DNA from: Malacoraja senta
Lineage: Eukaryota
DNA: 64,000 bases
NCBI GenBank assembly: GCA_038087875.1
Contig: CM075977.1
Coordinates: 205,282,001-205,346,000 of the forward strand
Direction of reading: 5' to 3'
Part shown: piece by piece, positions 25,740 to 39,239 of the stretch
How the letters are laid out: the number at the start of each line of letters is the position of its first letter
How positions within the stretch are numbered: the first letter of the stretch is position 1
Notes under the pieces: generated by a model
The model's database searches: none
Seen by the model: the letters and a program-made list of their open reading frames with translations, nothing else
What the model was told of the DNA's origin: nothing
Position numbers and translations under genes: made by a program

Positions 25740-26265
25740 AAACTAGGAACTCGTCTATTGATTATAAAGGAGTGAATGCATCTCTGGAATGCTGTGTACA
25801 GCACTAATCTCTACTTAAGACTGTATGTGTATTGGAATCCAATAGGAGCTGGCACTGGAATGGACAAGCTATCTTGTGAGAAAAGGCTGGACAGGCCAGG
25901 CTGATACCTGCTGGAGTGCGAGAAGATTGACTGAAACACATGATCCTGTGGGGTTTCACCTGGTGGATGTGGGGAGCGTGTATCCCTCTGGTGGGAGAAT
26001 CTAGACCTAAAGTTTACTTTTTCGAATAAGAGGGATGAGGCAAAATGTTTTCTGAGGATTAAGAGTCAGCTCAATTCTTCATCAAAGGCCCCAGTGGATG
26101 CAGATTTTTAAATATTTTAAAGATAAACTAGTTTTTTGATGTAAAGGGGAGATGGCTTACCATGGATAGATGGGAACAGGAAATTTAAGTCGGATGAGCT
26201 GTGATCTTGTTAAAAGGCTCAAGGGGACAAGTATCCTACTACTCCTGCTCCTAATTTGCATGTTC
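25740..26265 (+). mobile_element. Decayed CR1 3' fragment
   Basis: CR1-like 3' end (cctactactcctgctcctaattt...tgttc). Confidence 0.45.
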
Positions 26266-27019
26266 ATATAATAGTTTACTATTTGTGGCAGATCAGTGTC
26301 TTTCAGGAATCAGCCAGCTTGGAAGCTATTTTTGTAATATTCTAAGGAATTTTGACTTCTATAATACAAAACTGCAAACATTGTCACTGCAAACGTAGCT
26401 GCAGTTTTTGGGCTGAAATGCACCAACATGAGATTCATCTGGTCGGTCGGACCTTTTAGTTCTCATAAAATATATTAAACTATATAATCCCATATATTGT
26501 TAGGAGACTGAATATTATGTATTATCTGAGTTAAAGCACCTTAATCTATTAATAAATGCATGGAACAATTAATTGAGAAGGAATCCACCCCCCCCCCCCC
26601 CATCAATTTATTTTCACTGGAGTAAGATGTAATTGTTTTTAACGGACAAATGGACAATGTAATGGACAAATCCGGTTCTACAGATATGAACTATTTCTAA
26701 ATGACAAAGTTGCTTCAATTTCAGTGATGGTGTGATATTTGAAACTTTTGCTTGTGGAGCGCAATCATCCTGGAAAATAGGAGCATTAGGGCCACTCAGT
26801 TCACAAAGAGTCCTCGCCGTTCAATATGAGCATTGTTGCTCTACCTCAGCCTTAGCTATGCTCCATTTCCCACAGCCTGCAATTCCCTGATTATATTTTT
26901 TCAAATCCCTCCAGTGTTCTAGCTTTCACTTCCCTCTGGGGTAATTTTTTGGGGGAAAACTAGTGTGTCAAATCACTTGCTTTCAGGTAAACCCTGATTT
27001 ACTAGATCCTGATCAGTAG

Positions 27020-27445
27020 GCAGAGATCTAGGGGTGGATATATAATTCCATTAAAGTGGTGACATGGGTAGACAGAATGACAAAGAACGCATTTGTCATG
27101 TTTGCCTTCATCGGTCAATGTATTGAGTACAGGAGTTGGCTCGACATGCTACAGCTATACAAGACATGAGTATAACTCCATTTGGATTATTGTGTACAGT
27201 TCTGATTGGCCTTTAATAGGAAGGATGTTATTAAACTTGAACAGATACAGAAAAGATTTGAGGATGGTATTGGGTTTGGAAGGTTTGAGTGCTAAGGAGG
27301 GATGACATTTAAGAGACACTGGGACAATATTTGGATAAGAAAGGTTTTGCAGGCTATGGGTCGGGTGGAGGCAATTGGGACTAGCTCATTTAGCTAAATT
27401 GGGCTGATGAGCCTTCTTCCGTGCTGTTTAGTCTTTTAATTCTAT
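27020..27445 (+). mobile_element. Decayed CR1 fragment
   Basis: ttgccttcatcggtc...attgagtacaggagttgg and a CR1-like 3' end. Confidence 0.5.
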
Positions 27446-27804
27446 GCCTAATGTTAGACTCACCTCAGCGATAATTTCTGATTGTTATCAGCACATTTAG
27501 ATAATCTAATATTGCATGCTTCGTCTAGAAATGCTGGTACATCTAGAGAATCTAGTAATCATATTTTATCTGCAGCTTGCACTGTCAACTTAATGTTGAC
27601 ATTTAACCAATCCTCCAGAGGTACATTTCTCCAACACTTCAGTAGTCGATGCTTCTTATTAATATAAGGGTCTGTGGTTTTCAAGGATCAGTGATTTAAG
27701 TCCTAATAATCCTTATTATTGCATTTATAATAGCTTGATTTAAAGTCGGCTTTAAAACTTATGATTGATCTGAACTTGCAAAGCAATGGTTCTTTTCAAA
27801 ACGT

Positions 27805-29120
27805 TTAGCAAGTGTGAAAGATACATCTTCTAGATGCGCTGGGACGCATCCCCAGCGATGTGACCTGGGGTCATCGGGTGTTTCGGGTCTCACAACATCA
27901 GACACCCTCGCCCAGGCAACCCCGTCGGGGTTGATCAGGCCCCGACTTGCGTCCCAGCAGCAACCGCCCACGGATCAGCCCTCTTAATCCAAAGCCGCCT
28001 GGTGGCTTTCTCTGCGGCTTCGCTTGCGGATTGAATGGCCCTCTTCTTTGCCAGCCTCGTAATGCCCAACTGGTTGAGGACTTTGCAGAGTGAGCGTCCT
28101 GCAAAGCCTCTAGAGCCCACCTCTATGGGCTTATAGTATGTCTTCCAGCCGCTGTCCTGGCACATCACCACCAGTTCCCAGTACTTTGCCTGTTTCCTCT
28201 CGTTGGCCTCTTCAATACGCTCTTCCCAGGGCACTGTCCGCTCCAGAATGATCAGCTGTTTTGTCACTTGGGCGGTGATGATCATGTCTGGCCGGAGTGT
28301 TCTTGCTGTGATGTGCTGTGGAAATTTCAGCTGTTTGCCCAGATCGACGTGCAGCTGCCAGTCTGTGGCTGTGTAGAGGAGGCCCGTCCTTGTTTTTGGT
28401 TGCGGTTGAGGCTTCTCTTCAGCTTTGACAAAAGTGATTGATTTCTTTGGGGCGTGGTGGTGTTTGCTGTTACTGATGGCAGTAGCTATGCTCTCAGCAA
28501 CCACCTTGAGCACCTGGTCATGGCACCACCGATAGGGACCTTCCCCAAGGGACTTTGGGCAGCTGCTGAGGAGATGTTCTAATGATCCTCTTCCAGAGCA
28601 AAGTGGGCAAGAAGGTGTCTCGCTCTTGCCCCAGACATGGAGGTTTGCTGGGCTTGGTAGGGCATCGTAGACAGCTTGGACAAGGAACCGGACTCGCTGG
28701 AGGTCTGCCTGCATGATGTTTGACCAGGTAATCCTGCGCTGCGGTATGCTCTCCCACCTTGTCCACGCTCCCTGCTGCCTGAGCCCCACCGTCCTGCTCA
28801 CACGCTCTTCCTCCACAACTGCTCGGACCTCTTACTGGATTAGATGGTGTCTCTCCTTGCCCTGGGCCTTGCCGTCTTAGAGAAGTATCCCAAACCCGCT
28901 CTGCCAGTTGCCATGACTCCCAACAATGCCTTTTGCCTTGGGCGTGACTCTGCCACCTCCACTGCCACCTCCACTGCTTTCTCCGCCCTCCATTTCCTCC
29001 CTGTTCTCACCTCGGTGCCAGCCGATGACACCTTCTGGTTCCTGGAGTCCCTGTACTGCAGAGCTTCTCTTGTTCGCACCACCATAAACTCTTCCGTGAG
29101 GCCACTGAATGGGAGCTGCA
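27805..29120 (-). mobile_element. 5'-truncated HERO/NeSL-like non-LTR retrotransposon with restriction-like endonuclease
   Basis: ORF 27935-28816 has a CCHC knuckle (CPLCSGRGSLEHLLSSC) and a PD-(D/E)xK RLE (LRPDMII...IILERTVPWEERIEEANERKQAKY). A frameshifted upstream part lies at 28840-29120, and the 3' UTR is structured. Confidence 0.88.
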
Positions 29121-32100
29121 TTGAGAGATTGACTTTCAGCACCAATGAGTATATTTTTTGTCGCATTTAATGATGGAGCTGTTTCAAGAGATTAACACTT
29201 TTGGAAACTGAAAGCAGTTGTAATGTACCACCTTTGATTAACAGAAAAATGTTACTTCCCAAGAGAGTTCTCAAGAATAAAGTTTCAGCACCTAACTTGT
29301 TATTGTAAATGTTATTGGTTCACCGCCTGTTATTTTATATTATTTGCAATTAATTTACTTTGTATTCTAAACTTGATTTGCAATAATACAATAATTTTAT
29401 ATATTGCATGTTGCAAATATTTTAAGAAAACATTGAACTAAATTTTCCCGTGAGCAGTCTATTGCTCACACTTAAGTAATGAGGCCAGAAGTGACCCCAT
29501 CAAGGAACTTTAGAGAAAACATTGGACAGACAGCAAAGCCATGGCCTCTGTTCTGTCATCTGGCAAAGCTGTGAAGCTCTTACTTTACAATTCTGAATGT
29601 AATTTGAAAGCTGTTCTTAATAAACAAGTTTAGATATTATTTTCCAAAAAAAATGTATTTGTTTGCTTATGAACAGACTCCAGCAAAGCAATCCCATCAC
29701 CCTCTTTATTTTGCTGTAATCCTGCAACCAATTATCTTTCAGACCCCATCAACTCCTCTTTGTCACTTATCTCCACTAATTTTCAGTAGCCAAATAATCT
29801 TCTAGCATGTTTTGGGATCTTGAAGATAACCAGAGCAGCAGGTGAAATCCGTGCAGTCAACGGGAGAACATGCAAGTCTGTGTTGCTTCAGTTGTGAATA
29901 ATTACTTGCAACTCTAATAATGTTTTGAATTGTACAGGAAATATAACTCATTGTTTCTTGCAACTTTAAGGCCATTTAAATGGTGCAGTGTTGGTTCTGG
30001 TCTGTGGTCTAACTAGGTGCAAGATCCAGGAGCAGATGCCCCAATGTAAATGCTCAAAAAGATTGTTCATGTTGCTGTTGAATTCCATACGGAGTCAAGC
30101 AACATAATACCCAAATAGATTTGCTGTGAGGAATCTGACATAATTATTTGGTAATTCTTCATGCTTTCTCATATGCTTGCATTGAGGTTAAATGTCGACC
30201 GTTTCCATAGAACTGACCACTTTTACTGATGAAGCATGTCGGGTTTTATGCATCTGCTTACTTGCACCTTGTCCACACATAATACTATACTTAAAGCAAA
30301 GTACAAAGTAGCATCCTTAATATTAAAATAACCAGATGTTGAACCAGTTCATTAATACAAATTACGAACAGGACTATGGTAAAACTAGTTTTTGCATTTT
30401 TGTTAGCTCTTTCTTTATCTTGTAGTTAAATATCACTTTGGAATTTTGAGTGTAAGATCCAAATTTATTAGTTATGAGATGAGAAAACACATCAGGTTCT
30501 GTTAATTAGTTTCCATAAGATCTGTGGAACTACTAGGTTGGTTTTTCAGAGTAGGCATGATTTACACACATCACTTTGAATGTCATGGAAAATAACATCC
30601 TTGCACTGAATATCTATTTGCAAAGCAAATCCTGACTTCCTAGTTTGATTTTCCGGCATTAGTATTTATTAAAGAATGAGTAAAAAAATAAAAGCCAAGC
30701 CAATGGCAATGAACAGTTTTGGCTCATTGTTATTGAAAGATCTCACTATGAGATAATTTACTTTGGCTTTTGTTCTGGTTTTTTTTGATTGAGATTTATT
30801 TGAATGATAACAGGAATATTAAGGTCTGACACTCATTGCATACAGTAAGCTGACTTTAAAAACCAAATTTAAAATATATTTTGTACACAATATAGTATAT
30901 TGTCAGTGGAGACTTTTGCGGCTGTTCTTATCTGCAAAGATGTTTAATATACCAGCCATCGGGAATGTTCTATGTAGTGATATTAAGTTTGCAAAATTGA
31001 TTCTCCTGTCTACTACTGATCAATATTATCACGTGTATGATAATGAAATAAAGCAGCCAGTATATAACAAGCATTTTTGATTATTTTTATTTCATTTGTC
31101 ATTAATTTTTAGAATGTTTTCAAAATCTAATGACCATCTGTTGCAAAGAGAAATGTAACTTAATACTTCAAGTAATTGAATTAGACTGACTTCTGAGCAG
31201 TTTTCCATAAGATCCTTCATTGGTTTCAATTGTATTTCAATGCATACCATAAGAGCAATACATTCATAATATCTTAATAAATCTAGAGTTGCCAACAGGA
31301 TCTCTCTGGGTTCCATATTTACCTATTCTGTTTTGTTCTGGAGTGCAGCACAGCAGTTCTTTCACTATCATTGACATCGTTGTCATAAATTATTTCAATA
31401 AAATTGTTGCACAGAATTGCTTTCACTGTGTGAAAAATCTGGTGCATATTGTAATCCTTGTGGTAGTGTTATATTTAACATCATGGGAGCAAATATGATG
31501 TAGAACCTACCATATAATAAAAGAAAACTAATGGTTGAAAGATAGGCTCTATTTGTAAATCGTACACCACATTGTGGATTAAAAAAAAGGGAAAATGTGT
31601 TTCACATTCCCTGGGCTTTAAGAATTGTTGTTCCAATCCCTTGCCTTGGCAATGCTTGCTGCATGCACTTTCATCAGTAAAATTATTCTACTTAACACAT
31701 CAAAAACTGTCATGCATTTGGCCTTGGATCAGAGAATATCCATATCTTGTTAAAATTAGCATTTGTGTTTAACCAAATCACAGCAAACTTGGGATCATTG
31801 ACTGCTGTGATATAAAACCATTTTTTTTTCTCAATGCAAAGTAAATGTAATTATTTTTGATATTAAAACAGTTCATTTCTGTAGATTTCTCTTAACTAGA
31901 TATGTGACACCATGACAATAACACAATCCACGTTGAATTAAGAAATGCTATTAACTTCGCTAATGTGGCTCTGTTGAGAGTTTGGACATTTTCATAGATT
32001 CCTTCAACTTGTAAATCAAATACTTGTGTGGGATATATGATGTTAGAACCAAATACAGTTTCAGAAACTCGTTTATCATTTCCAGTCAATTAAAAAAATA

Positions 32101-35100
32101 TCAAATAGAAATATTGTATGTGCTGATTTTTCTTGCATAATGTAAATTTAATAAATATATTTAAATTTTGGAATGCCAGTATGATCTTGTAGTGTTTGAT
32201 ATGCAGAGTTTTAATATATGAATATGTTATATTTTATAATAAGAAATATAGTACACATAGTATTAAAATATATGATTTGTCCATTGCTCAAGCAAAATTA
32301 GTTGCAGCATTCAATGTTTTTTGGTATAATTGCAATAAATCAGCAGATAGAAAATAAATCTCACTAAAATGCTTGCATTGTTCTTTATATAAGATGGCTC
32401 AGCTAAGGAAGGCAAGAAAATACTTCCATTGTCATTTGGCGATTTCTAAACAGATGCATGCAGTCTGCTCTGCTGTCACTAACAGAACTTATTTTGTGAA
32501 TAGAGTATGTCAGAACCAGCTGTTGTATTTGGTCTCTGATGCTTTTTAAAATGATGACTGGACTTGAGTGTGAAGTGGCCTATTTTCATTAACTTCACTT
32601 CGTAGAGTAATTGTTAATACTTAAAGATCAGCTTTCCTTCTCTCCAGAATTTGACAAGCAATGTATACATTTTTCCTTCTAGAAAAAAGGAAGTTCAAGG
32701 CTGTCACATTTTCTGTGCCCATCGAATTGTTCTTCCTTTTCTATTAAATGCTAGATGATTAAACTGTACTATACCAATGATATATTTCCTTTCCTTGCTT
32801 TTGTTTCCTTTTGTTTTTAATGAATGTGCCATCTCTCCAGTTTTTTTGATTGGGGGGAAATGTTGGGGGGGGGGGGGGGGGGGATAGATGGGTCATCAAG
32901 CAGGGGTGATCATCTCCAAAGCATAAATGAAGCTGTTTTATCTCCCAAAGTGATTTATCTTTCCATTGCTCAGACTCTACCTGTGATTTGCAAAGATCGG
33001 TTCTTTTTTGCTGATCTATGTGCTGCACCTGGGTGACGAGGTCTGCAGACGTGAAGTTCATGTCTATGTTAATGGCACTGTAACCTTTAACTCTTCATCA
33101 CTTTCCTTGTCTCCAACAATTATCTCTGTGCTATTGGACTGACTCTGTGAAAGCTAGTGACACATGAGACAGAATTTCCTCCCGTTGAACTTCGGAAATA
33201 TTCAAGACTAACAACTAACTTGAGTTGAACCAAATCATGCAAATCTACAACACTTCGTCAAATGAATATAAAATCCAACATCCTATCCATCTATAACATC
33301 ACTTTTAATGTACGTGCATTGATTGCTAGCCTTGCAATTCTATCTACTTCCCAGAAAGGCATAATCTAGAAGAATGAAGTACAGATACATTGTGAAATCA
33401 GTCCACTGACAATGTTGATTTGAATATGCCATTTAACAACCTTTCACACCCTCTCATCTTGTACTGTTTCAAAAGAATTATCAAATACTTGCCGATGTAT
33501 CAGTGATAAATTCATAAGAGGACTGGTTTCTATTTGTAAATCTCTTCATGCAAACTGAAATCTACATGTATGTGAAACAAGATTTTTTTCCTTGGATTCA
33601 GACAAACCCTACTTTTCCCAGTAGTTTCCTCTGAGCACAATAAACATGAAATGGTTTTTAACTCTGTATTGCTAACTTGTCTTTTGAAGGAATTTCCATA
33701 AAGGAGTCGTACTTGTCTGTAATTAAATCTGCAATCACAGCATTGGTTTATATTTTGGTTAGTATTTGGCAAAATACCTGGTCACATGGAAAATAAATAA
33801 ATTCTCACTGTTGTCAATTAAAAGTTTGATTCTGTCAACTATATCATTGAAACATTTTGTTTAGTAATATGGAAATTGTCTGGTTGGGACTTGTAAAACT
33901 AGTTGTTTTACCCATATTGCAAGATTATCAATTGAAAGATGAAAGATTTCATCACACGAAAAATAGTGAAACAGCTAATTTAAATTCTGTACAAAATCTG
34001 GAGCATTAAATATTGTAGGCTTTAGTAAGTCTAGTTTAATATTAAACGTCTCCTTATCAGTCGCGTTTGGTCAGGCGTATGGCATATCTTGTAACAGTGG
34101 AGACATGTGAGTTATTAATTTTGTGTTGATATTAATGGAGTCTTATCACTAGCTATTGGTTCTACTTCAGCATTTGGCAGCAGGTTTCAACAGCTGGCCT
34201 TGAAATAGTTTGTCCTTGAAGTAGTTATCAGAACAATACCATAAAACAGCTAGGATAAAGTTAGAATGCAGGGTATGTTGCAGCAAATACAGCAATTTTA
34301 TGAAATATTGATGAATAATGCTCTTTGATATTATTAGATTTACAATGTTATATTATAAATAAGTATTTTGTGTTGAAGTATTGTTCAAGCGGCATATTTT
34401 CAACAAGGAGAAATTAGAATTTGATTGAAATAACACATTTTTTCATACGTTTAAGTTACATATAGTTTATATATCACGGCAAATTTGCATAAAATGCATT
34501 TGAGGCTGGCACAAATTGTACTCTTTGCAGAGTAAATGTAAGATACCACAGTGTGTTAATGTTCAAATATTATTTTGAATGTATTTGCACTGTAGCTGTC
34601 TGGTAGCAACTCTGCAAGGATGCAGGGAACATTATTTCTAAATACTAAATTTTTAATGCTGCGAGAAAATGGTGGGAGTATTTGTTTTGAGAACGTGAAG
34701 CAATTTGATGCAAGTTTATAAAATTCCCAGGTGGCCCAATAGTTACAGTCCATGCTTTGTCAAACTCCAGAACGTTGAGAGTGCCTCAGATTGGTACCAT
34801 GCATAGTTATATTGTTTCATTTTGTGTAACAAAAATGGAAAATACAGAAGTAGCAGTATAATTTGCTCTTAATATAAGCTTTGAAAGGAGAACATTGGTT
34901 CATGATCAGTGCATGACACTAGCTAAAGCAAATGGGTTGTGTCAAATCTAAAACAATCTAAAACAAAACCAAGCATACAATTTTGTCCTTGGACAACACT
35001 TTAGTTTGGCCTCAGTTGGATTAGTGTTTGCTTTTTCTCTCTTTTCTCTCCTGGAATATTAAGGCCTTGAAAGCTGCAGAGCAGGATCAGGAGATAAGAA

Positions 35101-35324
35101 AGAACTCTGTCCTAAGCAGCCAGGCTCGGGGAGCTAGGTCTTTACACTTCTGAGTTTAGACTTAAAAGATGTGAATGAGAGTTATAAAAAGGTCTACACT
35201 GAGTTTGTGTGGGCCATTTATTTCATGTGGATTGATTGGGAAAAAAATCTAATTCCAGGTTTAAAGATTCATTATTGCAAACATTAGTTGTATGTTCAAT
35301 CAAAACCATCACTTACCAGAGAGT

Positions 35325-35620
35325 AGTTCATAAGTCATTGGAGCAGAACTAGGCCATTCGACCCATCGTGTCTATCCACCATTCAATTATGGCTGATCTA
35401 CTTTTCCCTCTCCATTCTCCTGCTTTCTTCCCAAATTCCCTGATTCCCTTACAAATCAAGAATCTGACAATCTCCACCTTAAAACTCCCCAATGACGGCC
35501 TCCACACCCCTATAGCAATTAATTCCACAGATTCACCACCCTCTGACTAAATAAATTCCTCCTCATCTCTTTTCCAAAGGTGTGTCCTTTTATTCTGGGG
35601 CTATGCCCCCTGGTCCTAGA
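35325..35620 (-). mobile_element. HER1/CR1 3' fragment
   Basis: Homologous to 5868-6245. Confidence 0.8.
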
Positions 35621-35835
35621 GTAGAAACTAGAATTCCCTTCGAGCTCAGGGAACCAGTGCTGATTCAAGGGGAGTGGAATAGTTTCTGACTGGGGGCAGA
35701 GACCATCTCTTACAAGAATAACAACCCTCTAATATGAATTAGGGTTAATATAATCATTTGAACTAATTTTCAGTTTAGAGGAGGGCATTTCTATAAATAA
35801 AGTGGGTGATCTGTGGTTCGCATGGCTCTGTGGTG

Positions 35836-36143
35836 GTGGCACGGTGGCGCAGCAGTAGAGTTGCTGCCTTATTGAGCCAGAGACCAGGTTCAATCCTGAC
35901 TATGGGTGCTGTCTGTATGGAGTTTGTACGTTCTCCCCGTGGCCAGCATGGGTTTTCTCCTGGATCTCCGGTTTCCTCTCACACTCCAAAGATGTACAGG
36001 TTTGTCAGTTCATTAGCATGGTATAATTGTAAAATTGTCCCTAGTGTGTGCAGGATAGTGTTAGTGTGCAGGGATTGCTGGTTGGTGCAGACTCCGTGGG
36101 CCGAAGGACCTGTTTCCCCACTGTATCTCTAAACTAAACTAAA
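35836..36143 (+). mobile_element. Full-length HE1-like SINE
   Basis: A box (gtggcgcagcagtag), B box (ggttcaatcc), HER1-like 3' end and (ctaaa)n tail. Confidence 0.85.
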
Positions 36144-36376
36144 AGATACTAATCCAGATGGGAAGTACATATCACAACCATATGAGATGCGCTGAATGAA
36201 CTGCATGATTTTTTTTTGCTTTGACACATTAAAAAAAAATAACCAAAGTTACACTTGAGAGAGATCGCACGTAATTTATCCATTAATCTGCATGATGTTC
36301 AGACAGAATGGACTGGATGTTACATTGCACCTGTTTTGATGTAAAAACCTTGTTCTGAAAGGACCAATGTACTGTA

Positions 36377-36858
36377 CAAGTAGTTCTGCTATAACATGTT
36401 GCCATAATGTGAATTTAATATAACGCGATTGATGAATTAGAGAATACTATTTGTATTACGCAAGCAAAATTGTTTATATCCTGAATTTGACCAGGAACCT
36501 GCCCTGCAGTAATCAGACACCATTGTCTCTTAAGAAGACAGGATGCCGGTTCAATGCGGGAGACTATTTAACAAAAGTTATTTTTGAAATTGCCAAGCAT
36601 TCGCTTCTATTGCCACTTGTGTAGTGATACTCTATTAAACAATGTATCATAAAGTTGTTTGTATTGTAGTAGCAAAATAAAACTTGGAACTATTAAAACA
36701 CTTATTTTTGAATATCAGGTGGGAAAAATAATGTTATTGTGAGTCAAACTCTCAAGCCTATCTCCCTTTTTGGCCCATTGACTAATATGATTTTTTTAAA
36801 ATATAATACAAGGTTTTTTTTTTAGAACACCACTATCATGTTATAGCAGAACTACCTG
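36377..36858. mobile_element. Tc1/mariner (Tigger-like) MITE
   Basis: 22-bp TIRs caagtagttctgctataacatg / catgttatagcagaactacctg with one mismatch. TA on the left flank, GA on the right. Confidence 0.7.
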
Positions 36859-37738
36859 GAAGTGCTTTTATTAATTTTCTCAAACTTAGGACGGCAAATC
36901 CTTAAGTGGTCTGTTGGAAGTTTCTACCAAAGTTTCCAGTAAAAAGTTATTTTTAATTTGGTAAACTAGCACCTGTCTATCTAATCACATTCTCAAGATG
37001 TGAGGAATAGTTCCTCCTGGGCTCCCACAACAGTTTTGTTGAGCAGTCGTGCCATTGGATGCATTCCATTTTATGGATCAGTAGGGTTAATTAAATATTC
37101 TGTGTATTGCAGCTATTTTTTTTAAATTTTATTTAGTTTAAGTGTTCCTTAACTATTTATTTTGGGTTGATCATAACTCAGTTTAAAAAAACAAAACAAA
37201 AAAAACATTGAGACATGATTGCGTTGTAAATTTTGCCATGGTTCTGTATTTTATTTGTATGTTGCTATTTTACTTTTCTTTGGTATGCTTGGCTATGCAG
37301 CACAGAGGGACAATTGAATCATAACTTCACATGTATCAGTGCATGGTAACCTGTGGCAGAATTTGATGGCTTCTCTCTGTCTAATTTTGTTTCTCAAGCA
37401 TAGATGTAATTGAAAGAATATCAATACCCCAGTGACAAGCTTGTTAATATATGGGGGTAACTCCTATTAATAGACAGTTTTTACACTTTATTAGAATTTT
37501 CATTCTATAATATGGAAACATTTTCTTAACATTCTACAGTCTTGTAGATACCATTAGTTCTCTATTACTGTGCATCAATAAGGCCTGCACATAGGGCCAT
37601 AGTTTACAGAATTAGGGAGAACTATTCACCCATCATTACTGCATCTTCTGTGTTACAGCAATCCCAAACTAATCTTGTTATCCTTCTTTTCAAGTACTTA
37701 TCTGATTTTACCTACAAGAGACAATGTGTTCTGCCTAA

Positions 37739-38058
37739 AGGCCCTGTCCCACTTTCCCGAGTTACTCACAAACTCTCCTGAGTTTTCCCCCTTGATTCGA
37801 ACTCGGAGAATTACGGTAATAGCCGTTCGTAGGTACTCGGAGCTATTTTTTTTAAACTCGTGGACATTTTTCAACATGTTGAAAAAACTTCCCGACTTAC
37901 CTGATGCCCCGTGTTCCTACTGCTGGCATTACGAGCCGCTACAAAACATCTACGGGCTCCTACGGACTCGCTACCGACATTACCCGACATTCCCCGAGTT
38001 CGAATCAAGGGGAAAACACGGGAGAGTTCGTGAGTAACTCGAATGTGGGACGGGGCCT
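37739..38058. mobile_element. PIF/Harbinger (Tourist-type) MITE
   Basis: ~80-bp imperfect TIRs AGGCCCTGTCCCAC... / ...GTGGGACGGGGCCT. TAA TSD at 37736-37738 and 38059-38061. Confidence 0.88.
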
Positions 38059-38764
38059 TAACTGACTCCCTGTGCACTTATTATCAAATAATTTGTTACC
38101 AATTTAAGGACAGTTTTTTAAGCATAATGATTGTTACCATTTTTTTTTTCTCAACTAACGTTCTAATTTTGTAACCATTAAGTGTCCCCGACAGCATTTC
38201 ATGATAATGAGTTTTCTATCTTGACATCTTGGTTGAATAAAAAACGGAAATGCGAGAAACACTTAGACAGCATTTGCTAATTGTTAAATGGATTGAAGAC
38301 CATCTGTTAGAACACTTTTTCAGTTTTTCAATTTAATAAATTATAATCTTGGTTGAACAATTTTCAGAAATTATTGATTTGTTTGGTTTGTAACCCAAGG
38401 GGGATTTTTTTCAATTTAAGTTGTGATGGGCAAATTGTATATTCCATCAGGAGAGAAAAGTCCAGATACAGAATTTGGGATGTTTTTACTAATAACAATC
38501 AGCTGAAATGTAAATTCTAAATTTCCAGTTGTCAAATACTGGAAATATTTTACCAGATCTGCAACATTAATTAAATTCCTTTTGAAATGGTATAGTAAAC
38601 ATTTGTAAAGAATTAAATCATTTAAATATTTAATTTTTTTTTTAAAGAAAAGTATTAGCTCTGCTAAATGTTTTCAATTATCCCAATATATTTCACAGTC
38701 AGATTACACACTCACTGGTAATGCAACGTCATGTACAAGAAGAGAGTAGACAACGAACATTACG

Positions 38765-38860
38765 GTCTGAAGAAGGGTCTCGACTCGAAACGTCTCCCAT
38801 TCCTTTTCTTCAGAGATGCTGCCTGTCCTGCTGAGTTACTCCAGCATTTTGTATCCATCT
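38765..38860 (+). mobile_element. Penelope-type repeat with hammerhead core at 38767-38794
   Basis: CTGAAGAAGGGTCTCGACTCGAAACGTC... Confidence 0.72.
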
Positions 38861-39239
38861 GTGGTGAAAAAGGTGATTGGCATGTCAATCACCTTTTTCA
38901 CCACAGATAGACATAAGTTCACCAGTCCCCAGCATCTGTGTCTATTCACAGTTCATGAGTTGTGACCATTTCAATAGCATTAAAATAATATAAATAATAG
39001 CCTTTGACTGACAAGAAGGCAATTGAGTGATTTTGCCATAGAGCAAGTAACAATTGATGTCTTTATAATTAACAATATGTGATTGTAACAACTTTTAATT
39101 CTTGAGGTCACCTTAGTGAATAGACAATTGAAGTTAGTTGTAAATTGTAAATTAAAAATAGGCAAGTTGTAAATTACCTTTTTTTCCAGCTGCTGTAGAA
39201 TTCTTGGTTAAAGTAGGAATGTGCTCAATCGGGCACTGG

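Noticed and set aside
30806-30817. ATAACAGGAAT resembling the FOX:ETS motif of the Mef2c endothelial enhancer
   Set aside because: The flanks do not match the rest of that enhancer as I recall it, and such a short motif is expected by chance.
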